Below are positions 1 through 9,500 of a stretch of 10,733 nucleotides of DNA, one piece after another. Location: NCBI GenBank assembly GCA_033763905.1, contig JANRJP010000065.1, positions 1 through 10,733 on the forward strand, read 5' to 3'. A program made the position numbers and the translations under genes. Every line of letters starts with the position of its first letter. Positions within the stretch are counted from its first letter, which is position 1. The stretch is from Gemmatimonadaceae bacterium. Its GTDB lineage: Bacteria; Gemmatimonadota; Gemmatimonadetes; Gemmatimonadales; Gemmatimonadaceae. A model generated the notes under the pieces. It made no database searches and was not told the origin of the DNA. It was given only the letters and a program-made list of their open reading frames with translations.

Positions 1-2160
1 AGGGATCACCGGTGGCAATGCCGGCTCACCCATTCCGGTGGGCGGGAACTCCGTCTTCCGGAAGTGCACCTCGACTGGCGGCACTTCGGTGATGCGCAGC
101 AGCTCGAAGTCGTCGAAGCTGTTCTGCATCACTCGACCGCCATCGATCGTGATCTCCTGCCGCAGGGCCTCGGACAAGCCATCCAGCACCGACCCCTGCA
201 CCTGCGCCATCGCGCCGCTCGGATTGATGATCTGGCTGCCCACATCACCGGCGACCCACACCTTCTGCACCTTGAGATCGCCGCTCCGGCTCACCGCGAC
301 TTCCACCACCTCGGCGAAGTAGCCGCGATGGCTGTAGTGCATCCCGACGCCCATCCCTGAACCCTTCGGGAGCGTGCGCTTGCCCCAGCCGGCCTTTTCG
401 GCGACGAGTTCCAGCACGCCACGCATCCGCTCGGCGTTCATTGGTGGTGCCTCGCCGCGGGACACGGGGGCCGCGCTGTCGAGCTGCGCGAGCAAGGCCA
501 AGCGGAAGGCCACCGGGTCACGTCCTGCGGCGTGCGCGAGTTCGTCGATGAACGACTGGAACACGAACGCAATCGCGTTGCTTGTCGGCGCACGCAGGAA
601 CCCCGTGGGCACGCCCAGAGGCATTGCCGAGACGCCGAACGAGAAATTCGGCACGTAGCCGAAGGGAAACTCGGTGCCGCCGATCGACGCGGCGCGGGCC
701 AGTCGCGTCGGCGTGTCGCCGAACGTGACGAAGTGATCCTGCCACGCCGTCAGTCGGCCGCTTCCGTCCACCGCGCCCTTGAGCCGGTGGAAGCCGGCCG
801 GACGATAGAAGTCGTGCTGCGTGTCGTCTTCGCGTGTCCACAACAGCTTGACCGGCGCGCCGACCTCGCGTGCGATCCACGCTGCTTCGACCATATAGTC
901 ATTGTTCAGACGACGGCCGAAACCGCCACCGCCGCGAACGAGATGGATCGCAATCTTGTCCTGCGGAATCCCCATCGTGTCGGCCACCAGCTGCCGTCCG
1001 CTCTGCGGATTCTGCGTCGGCGCCCAGATCTCCATCGCGCCATCGGCGAAGCGCGCGGTGCAGTTCATCGGCTCCAGCGATGCGTGCGCGAGGAAGGGAT
1101 ACTCGTAGGTCGCCTCGACCACCGCCTTGGCCGTCCCGAACGCCGCCGCCACATCGCCAGTGGTCTTGAGCACCGCCTGCGGCGGGGCCGGCAACATTGT
1201 GGCCGCGCGCGCCGCGTAGCCCGCTGAGCTCTGCTGTGCTGTCGGGTGCTCCGCCCACGTCACGCGCAGGCGACGGCGCGCTGAGCGCGCGGCCCACCAG
1301 GTATCGGCGACGATCGCGACGGCCGGCATCAGTCCCGACAGGTCCGTCGTGCCGGGAATGACGACGACGTGCTTCACGCCGGGCAACGCACGGACTTCGT
1401 CGACGTTCGCGCTGACGACCTTCGCCCCGAAGACCGGGGCCTTCTCGATCACGGCGTGCAGCATCCCCGGCATCGTCACGTCGATGCCAAAAAGCGGTTT
1501 GCCGGTCACGATCTTCGAATTGTCGACACCCGGCGTGAACTTGCCGATGATGCGATAGTCCTTCGGATCCTTGAGCGGTACGGTGGCCAGATCCGGCGCG
1601 GGGAGCGTGGCCGCCTTGGCCGCGAGCGCACCGTAGGCCAGCTTGCGCTTGCTGGCCTTGTGGTGGACGACGCCCGCGTCGGTGCTGCACTCTGCGACCG
1701 GCACGGCCCAGGTCTCGGCGGCCGCTGCCAGCAGCATCTGCCGACCCGCCGCCCCCGCCCGACGCAGGGGATCCCAGTTCGTCGGCGTGGACGTGCTGCC
1801 GCCGGCGACCTGTCGCCCGTAGGCCTTCTCGTCGGACATCGCCTGCTCGATCGTGATCGAGGTCCACGCGACGTCGAGCTCCTCGGCGATCAGCATCGGC
1901 AGCATCGTCTTCACGCCTTGGCCCACTTCGGGGTTCTTGGCGAGGATGGTGATGGCGCCGTTGCTGCTGATGCGAATGAACGCGTTCGGTGTGAACGGGT
2001 CCGCCGCGGACGACGTCAGGGCGTCGAGCGTCGAGGCGGGAATCAGGGTGCCGAGCAGCAGGCCACCGCCAGCAATGGCGGTCACGCGCAGGAAGTCGCG
2101 CCGCGCCACGCCCGCGACTGCAGGTGACACGGCGGCTTCGGAGGTCGAGTCGTCACGCAT
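1..2160 (-). CDS. Xanthine oxidase-family molybdopterin-binding large subunit, isoquinoline 1-oxidoreductase beta (IorB)-like aldehyde/heterocycle oxidoreductase with Tat signal. The 3' end is truncated by the window edge.
   Basis: Not in the ORF track because there is no stop in the window. Translated by hand from ATG 2160, the frame is open to base 1 (720 codons): MRDDSTSEAAVSPAVAGVARRDFLRVTAIAGGGLLLG...PNAFIRI...KNPEVGQGVKTMLPMLIAEELDV...AGGSTS...AHASLEPMNCTA...GGGGFGRRL...WTREDD...HDFYRP...FLRAP...QSFIDELAHAAGRDP...INPSGAMAQVQGS...GMGEPALPPVIP. These match IorB-family motifs, including the GxGE catalytic Glu. The start is 6 nt after the stop of the [2Fe-2S] gene, with GGAG upstream. Confidence 0.95.
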   Translation of the reverse strand, partial: MRDDSTSEAAVSPAVAGVARRDFLRVTAIAGGGLLLGTLIPASTLDALTSSAADPFTPNAFIRISSNGAITILAKNPEVGQGVKTMLPMLIAEELDVAWTSITIEQAMSDEKAYGRQVAGGSTSTPTNWDPLRRAGAAGRQMLLAAAAETWAVPVAECSTDAGVVHHKASKRKLAYGALAAKAATLPAPDLATVPLKDPKDYRIIGKFTPGVDNSKIVTGKPLFGIDVTMPGMLHAVIEKAPVFGAKVVSANVDEVRALPGVKHVVVIPGTTDLSGLMPAVAIVADTWWAARSARRRLRVTWAEHPTAQQSSAGYAARAATMLPAPPQAVLKTTGDVAAAFGTAKAVVEATYEYPFLAHASLEPMNCTARFADGAMEIWAPTQNPQSGRQLVADTMGIPQDKIAIHLVRGGGGFGRRLNNDYMVEAAWIAREVGAPVKLLWTREDDTQHDFYRPAGFHRLKGAVDGSGRLTAWQDHFVTFGDTPTRLARAASIGGTEFPFGYVPNFSFGVSAMPLGVPTGFLRAPTSNAIAFVFQSFIDELAHAAGRDPVAFRLALLAQLDSAAPVSRGEAPPMNAERMRGVLELVAEKAGWGKRTLPKGSGMGVGMHYSHRGYFAEVVEVAVSRSGDLKVQKVWVAGDVGSQIINPSGAMAQVQGSVLDGLSEALRQEITIDGGRVMQNSFDDFELLRITEVPPVEVHFRKTEFPPTGMGEPALPPVIP
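2002..2160 (-). other. Twin-arginine (Tat) signal peptide of the IorB-like protein
   Basis: A-R-R-D-F-L-R at residues 19-25 (2106-2086) fits the S/T-R-R-x-F-L-K consensus and is followed by a Gly/Ala-rich hydrophobic stretch, VTAIAGGGLLLGTLIPA. The cleavage site is uncertain. Confidence 0.8.
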
Positions 2161-2166
2161 TGGTGA

Positions 2167-2634
2167 TCACTCCGACTTGGACGAGAGTTCGGCCGCGCGA
2201 TGAATCCCGGCCCGAATGCGGTGGTACGTGGCGCAACGACACAGATTGCCGTGCATCGCGGCGTCGATGTCTTCGTCCGTGGGCTTCGGATTCTTCGCCA
2301 GCAGTTCGGCGGCCTGCATCAACTGACCGGCCTGACAGTAGCCGCATTGCGGCACGTCCAGCTCCTGCCACGCGCGCTGCAACGGATGCGTGCCGTCCTT
2401 CGACAGGCCTTCGATCGTCGTGATCTTCCGGCCATTCACGGCACTCGCCGGCACCTGGCACGAGCGCGTGGCGGCCCCGTTGATGTGCACGGTGCACGCG
2501 CCGCACAGCGCCTTGCCGCAGCCAAACTTCGTCCCCTTGAGATCGAGCACATCCCGGAGGATCCACAGCAGCGGCATATCGGCGGGCACGTCTGCCGTGC
2601 GGGGCGTGCCGTTCACGGTCATTGAGATCTTCAT
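2167..2634 (-). CDS. 2x[2Fe-2S] small subunit, IorA/CoxS-like, 155 aa
   Basis: Contains [16 protein letters not shown]...RSC (first cluster) and QCGYCQ...GNLCRCATY (second cluster). ATG at 2634 is preceded by a GAGGA RBS, and the gene sits next to the IorB-like gene. Confidence 0.96.
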   Translation of the reverse strand: MKISMTVNGTPRTADVPADMPLLWILRDVLDLKGTKFGCGKALCGACTVHINGAATRSCQVPASAVNGRKITTIEGLSKDGTHPLQRAWQELDVPQCGYCQAGQLMQAAELLAKNPKPTDEDIDAAMHGNLCRCATYHRIRAGIHRAAELSSKSE

Positions 2635-2639
2635 CGGAG

Positions 2640-2644
2640 TCCTC
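2640..2644 (-). promoter_or_regulatory. Shine-Dalgarno sequence of the IorA-like gene
   Basis: The minus strand reads TGA-GAGGA-CTCCG-ATG. The SD directly follows the peptidase stop codon. Confidence 0.75.
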
Positions 2645-4678
<2,034 letters not shown>

Positions 4679-4682
4679 CGGA

Positions 4683-4690
4683 CTCCTCCT
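4683..4690 (-). promoter_or_regulatory. Shine-Dalgarno sequence of the S9 peptidase
   Basis: The minus strand reads AGGAGGAG-TCCG-ATG. Confidence 0.85.
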
Positions 4691-4753
4691 CGAAGGTGGG
4701 GACAGCACCGAACAATCGCCCTTCGCCCGCGCCGCCGAAAGGCGTCCCGCCGT

Positions 4754-5959
4754 TCAGGGAGGCGGTGGCACGGCGGCGTTGGTCATCAGATGTGCGACCC
4801 CACTGGATCGGGCGGGGGACTCGGTGGCCGTTTGCCACGGCACCTTGGGCCACCATCGTGCGGTCGGCACCTGCGAGGGTTCTACGCGATCCCCCGGGCG
4901 CGGTGTTGCAACCCGAACCCCGTGTTGCGCCGCCGCCACGAGGACCCGTTCGATCGGTTCGGTCCACCCGTGCAGCGCGAGGTCGAACATCCCCCAATGC
5001 ACCGGGAGCATCACCTCACCGCGCACGAGCCGATGCACCTGCACCGCCTGCTCCGGCCCCAAGTGGACATCGGTCCACAGCGGGCTGTACGCCCCGACCT
5101 CGATCATGGTCAGGTCGAAGGGGCCGTACATCTGCCCGATCGTGACCATCGCGTCATCGAGCGCAGTGTCGCCGCTGTAATACACGCGGTGCGCAGGACC
5201 TGCGATCACGAAGCCGGCCCAGAGCGTGCGCGTGGCGTCGTTGAGCGATCGTCCGCTGAAATGTCGAGCTGGCACTGCCGCCACCCTGACCAGGCCCTCG
5301 ACCTGCGCGTCGTCCCACCAATCGAGTTCGGTGATGCGCTCTGGCGCGACGCCCCAGCCTTCAAGGTGCGCCCCAACCCCCAGCGGCACGATGAATCGCA
5401 CGTCGCGCGCGGCGAGCGCGCGAATCGTCGGCATATCGAGGTGATCGTAGTGATCGTGCGAAATCAGCACGACGTCGATCGGTGGCAACTGATCGAGCGG
5501 CAGCGGCGGGTCGAAGAATCGGCGCGGCCCCATAAACGTGAACGGCGACGCGAACTTGCCCCACACCGGGTCGATCAGCACCCGCCGACCGTCGATTTCG
5601 AGCAGCAAGGTGGAATGGCCAAGCCACGTAACTCGCAGCCCGCCAGCCGGCGGCGTGTCGTAATCTGCGCGCCGTCTCGGTACGATTTCGATCGGCGCGT
5701 CCGGCTTCGAGTGCGGGGAGCCTTCGAACATCAGACCCGCGAGCATCCGCCGCGGCGGCGCATCGACACGGGCGCGCACGTTGCCGAATCCGGTGCCGCT
5801 CCACTGCGGTGAGGCCTGCATGCGTGCGAGTCGCGCGCCCGTCGGCGCGGTGCCCAAGGCCGGTCGGGCCGCGAGCCACAGCGCCACACCCGACACGACG
5901 AGCACCGTCACGAGTCCCGCGACGCCGATCGCCATCCGACGCAGCCAGCGGCGGATCAC
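4754..5959 (-). CDS. Metallo-beta-lactamase-fold hydrolase, NAPE-PLD/RomA-like, with N-terminal membrane anchor or signal, 401 aa
   Basis: Motifs: VTWLGHST, LIDPVW, ISHDHYDHLD (HxHxDH, 5435-5458), ELDWW, PARHFSGR, YSGDT, HLGPEQA, PVHWGMF and EPIER. The start is placed at GTG 5959, which overlaps the upstream TGA (GTGA) and is followed by IRRWLRR plus a ~20-aa hydrophobic helix. The track's 6301 start overlaps another gene. Confidence 0.9.
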   Translation of the reverse strand: MIRRWLRRMAIGVAGLVTVLVVSGVALWLAARPALGTAPTGARLARMQASPQWSGTGFGNVRARVDAPPRRMLAGLMFEGSPHSKPDAPIEIVPRRRADYDTPPAGGLRVTWLGHSTLLLEIDGRRVLIDPVWGKFASPFTFMGPRRFFDPPLPLDQLPPIDVVLISHDHYDHLDMPTIRALAARDVRFIVPLGVGAHLEGWGVAPERITELDWWDDAQVEGLVRVAAVPARHFSGRSLNDATRTLWAGFVIAGPAHRVYYSGDTALDDAMVTIGQMYGPFDLTMIEVGAYSPLWTDVHLGPEQAVQVHRLVRGEVMLPVHWGMFDLALHGWTEPIERVLVAAAQHGVRVATPRPGDRVEPSQVPTARWWPKVPWQTATESPARSSGVAHLMTNAAVPPPP

Positions 5960-6513
5960 CACCGGAGCACCGCGCCAGGGCGGACGTTCTGCAGGCCGTG
6001 CAGTTCCAGTGCGATGTACGGCGGCGGCGCCGCGAATCCCAATGCGCCACAGAGCACCTGCTGTGCGCGCAGCGCGTCGCTGGCATCGGCGGCGTCGCCC
6101 CGAAGCCGTCGGCCGTCTCGCAGTTCGGCCTCGATCCACCAGCTCCCGCCGCCCGTCTGCTGCCTGGGCACGCGGTATGCGCGCCTGAGCGCCACGACCT
6201 CGTCTCGCGCCACCGTGCGACGCCAGCGGCCCAGACTGAAGTCCCGCGTGAATTCGAGCGTGGTCTCGGTGAGGCGAAACGTGACGCGCTGCGGCCACCA
6301 CTCGCCGGCCCAGAGGCCGATGAGGATGGCGAGTGCGGAAGGAAAGAGCGCATCACGCGCACTCGAGTCGAGCGCGCCGCCGACCAGACCAAGCACTCCG
6401 AAGATCGCGAAGCCCCATCCAGGAATGCGCCAGAGCCACGGCCACGCGGGGCCGAGCTCGACCGTCGTGGCGCCGTCGCGGGTGTCGTGACGCAGGGTGC
6501 GTCGCGAGGTCAC
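5956..6513 (-). CDS. Hypothetical membrane protein, 185 aa, with two predicted TM helices and a possible bacterial PH-like domain
   Basis: Exactly fills the gap between two genes with 4-nt GTGA overlaps at both ends (6510-6513 and 5956-5959). Hydrophobic segments are WGFAIFGVLGLVGGAL and ALFPSALAILIGLWAG, followed by short beta-strand-like segments and a helix. Confidence 0.75.
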   Translation of the reverse strand: MTSRRTLRHDTRDGATTVELGPAWPWLWRIPGWGFAIFGVLGLVGGALDSSARDALFPSALAILIGLWAGEWWPQRVTFRLTETTLEFTRDFSLGRWRRTVARDEVVALRRAYRVPRQQTGGGSWWIEAELRDGRRLRGDAADASDALRAQQVLCGALGFAAPPPYIALELHGLQNVRPGAVLRW

Positions 6514-9500
6514 GGCGTGATCGCCACGCTCACTATCGCCGCCAACGTGCTGATGATGCCAGCCGCCGCCGCCGTCACGACCGTGGGCGAGCCGGCTGCG
6601 GACAGCGGACGGAAGCGGATGCCGTCCGCCACCGTGTTCGGCGAGACTGACGCGCCAGCAGGAATCGTGACTGTGGCGGTCGCCGACGCCGTCGCGTCGC
6701 GGACCAATACGCCAGCGGTTGGCACGCTGCTGGTGACGGTGACCACCACGCCAGCACTGCCGGCCCGAACCGCTTGGGTCGAGCTCAGCGCGTTCTGGTT
6801 CGCGTCGGCAATGCCGATGCTGACCGTAAACGGATCGTCGGCGGCGCCCGCGACCTGCGTACCAGCCAACGAGTTGATCTGGATCGCTGCCGGCAGCACC
6901 GTCATCGCTGCGATCCCGTCGGTGAAGCCGACCGCACGCGCTTCCACGGATGGCGTGCCTGTCTGGCCTTCCATGCCAACGATCAAGTAGCTGAAATTGC
7001 TGGTGCCGTTGCTCACCGGCACCACGATGGAGTCCGTCGCGATGTCCGTGACGAGCCGCGCGAGGCGGAGCACCGACGGATTGGTGCTTCGAAGGACGAC
7101 CGTCGTGCCACCGTGCGTCGCTGTGCTCAAGGTCGCGGTTGCGGGACGCTGCAGACCGCTGCCGACCGAACTGCTCGTCAGCGTGAGATCCGGCGCCACG
7201 ACCGTAATCGTCACCGTGGCCGGCGACGAGAAGCCGGTCGCGATCGGTCGCGCAGCGGGCGTGGTGGCCGTGACGACGGTCGTCCCGGTCGTCAGGGTCT
7301 GGAACGCGATACCGCCCAGCGCCACGGTGTTCGGCGACGTATTGGCACCAACCGGGATCGTGATCGGAAGCGTCGCCCCGGATGATGTGCTCGTCACGAA
7401 TCGACCCACACTGGGTGTAGCTGAGGTCAGCGTGACCACGATCGGGGTGCCGCCAGCGCGAATCGCATCGCCCGACAGGCTCGTGTTGGAGGTGGGTGAG
7501 ATCGGCGTCGCCACGAAGACGACGAACGGGTCATCCGCCGCGAAGGTGTTGCTGCTGCTATTCAGCCCGCTGATGCCGACCAGCGGCTGGAACACGCGAG
7601 CGGTCGCGCTTCGGCTGGTATAGCCCGCGGCGCTCGCGGTGATCGCCACGGAGTCGACGACGATGCCCTCAAGGGCTTGGACCCAGAACGTGCCGTTTGT
7701 GGCGCCTGCCGCGATCGAGAGCACCAGCGAGTCTGCCCCAACCGTCGTGTTGTTTGGTGCCAACAAGACGACGCCAGTGCGGTCCGGACGAAGCACGACA
7801 CGAACCGCCGAGTCGGGATTCGCATTCGACAGCGTCACGGTTCCCGAACGTTGCAAGCCCGATCCCACCGTGACGGCCGAGAGGAAGGAAACCGAGGGTT
7901 GCGTCACGGTCACGGCAACGGTCGAGTTGGTCAACGCACGGAGCCCCGGCACCGCAGCGCGCAGCGTCGTCGTCCCTGCGCCGACATATCGAGTCGCAGC
8001 CCCACCCGTAGCGACCGTCGTCGGGGAATTCGACTGGCCGGCAGCGATCGGCACCCGCGCGGTGTCGGTCACTCCGGCCGTCTGGACGAAGCGCACGACC
8101 GTCACCGAGTCGCTGGTAATGATCCCGGCGAACGGCGGCGCACCCGCGCGACGGTCATCGGCCGTCGAGATGAAGTTGCCTGTCGGGCTCGACGGTGACC
8201 CGATGGAAATCCACAGGGGGTCGTCGGCGGCCAGCGTTGTCGCCGTGGGATTGGCGCTCGACAACTGGAAGACCGGCTGGAACACCCGGACCGTTGACTG
8301 CCGCGTGAGATAGCCAGGCGCCGTCGCGATCAACTGCACCGAATCCGCGATGACGCCATCGACACCCGCAACAAAGAACGACCGGGTTGCGCCGCTCGGG
8401 GGCAGGGCCACGACAATCGAATCGGTGCCCGGCGTGGTGGCATCGGGGCTCAGTAGCGCGACGCCGGGGCGATCAAACCGAAGCGTCACGAACAGCGAAT
8501 CAGGTGTCGGCGCGCCGAGGGTCAGCGACGCGCTCCGCTGCAAACCGGCACCAATGGCTGCAGCGCTCAGCGCACTGAAAATCGGCTGCGACACCGTGAC
8601 CGCTCGCGACGTGTTGGCGTTGCTGCGCGTCCCTGGCACGATGGCACGGAGCACCGCAACGCCGGGCGCCGCAGGGCGGAATGCGGCACCGCCGGACGCC
8701 ACGTTCGTGGGCGAGTTTGCGCTGCCCGCCGCGATCGTGACGACCGCGGTGTCCGTCAGGCCCGCCGTCTGCACGAAGCGGCCGACGGCAATGGTATCGT
8801 TCACGATCCGTGCGGCAAAGCCGGGCCCTCCGGCCCGCGCCGCGTCCGAGAACGAGATGGATGTCGCAGATGGCGTGGGCGGTGAACCGAGCGAGACGAA
8901 AATCGGATCGTCGGCGCTGTTGGTGTTCGCCGTGAGGTTCACGCCGCTGAGCTCGGCGATCGGCAGATGTACCGCGACCCGCATCGTATCCGGCACGAAC
9001 CCGGGCGCCGTCGCGACGACCAGCACCGTGTCGGCGAGCCACCCCTCGGTGGCCTGAACCACAAAGGTGTCAAAGTTCGCGCCAGCGGCGAACGGCACGT
9101 CGACCGTTCCGTTGCCGCGCGTCGTGGTATTCGCGGCGAGCAGCACCTTGGTCGAGTCGAGGCTCGTCAAACGAACCGTCGTGCCCAAGTGGTTGGTGGC
9201 ACCGAGGGAGAGGTTGATCTGGCGCTGCAATCCGGACCCGATCGCCATCGTCGCCGCGACGGTGATCGCTGGCGTCGCAGCAACCGAGGCGGTCACGCTA
9301 TCGGTGGCGAAGCCCACGGGACCCGAGGCGCGGATCAGCGAGCTACAGGGCGCCCCGGTCCCGCCGTACGTCACGGGCACCGACACGTTGTTGTTGCCCG
9401 CCGCGATCGAGACGGTGGCCGGCACGGTGACGCACGACGGCGTCACCGCGGTCAGCGAGATCGTCGTACCCCCCGGCGGCGCCGGAATCGGGGCGCCCGC

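Noticed and set aside
38..2625. Many plus-strand ORFs (e.g. 532-1227, 1369-2127) and off-frame minus ORFs (518-880, 899-1867, 2153-2566)
   Set aside because: These are shadow ORFs of the IorA/B-like genes in high-GC DNA. They give Arg-rich translations with no recognisable motifs.
4679..4753. Possible terminator or promoter in the only sizeable intergenic gap: hairpin CGCC-GAAA-GGCG (4733-4744) and minus-strand TTTCGG-N17-GATTGT
   Set aside because: The stem is only 4 bp with no U-tract, and the promoter hexamers match sigma70 consensus poorly. Neither is supportable without transcript data.
4754..5959. Antibiotic-resistance metallo-beta-lactamase
   Set aside because: The motif set and ~400-aa length fit NAPE-PLD/RomA-like hydrolases rather than class B1-B3 beta-lactamases.
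5960..6301. N-terminal extension of the MBL ORF to 515 aa
   Set aside because: It is a low-complexity Arg/Ala-rich sequence overlapping the 185-aa gene. GTG 5959 gives a coupled start followed by a signal or anchor helix.
7380..8600. Impression of more A/T-ending codons in the middle of the giant gene (possible foreign origin)
   Set aside because: Only spot-checked by eye, the effect is modest, and there are no mobility genes or boundary repeats. A GC3 sliding-window computation would be needed.
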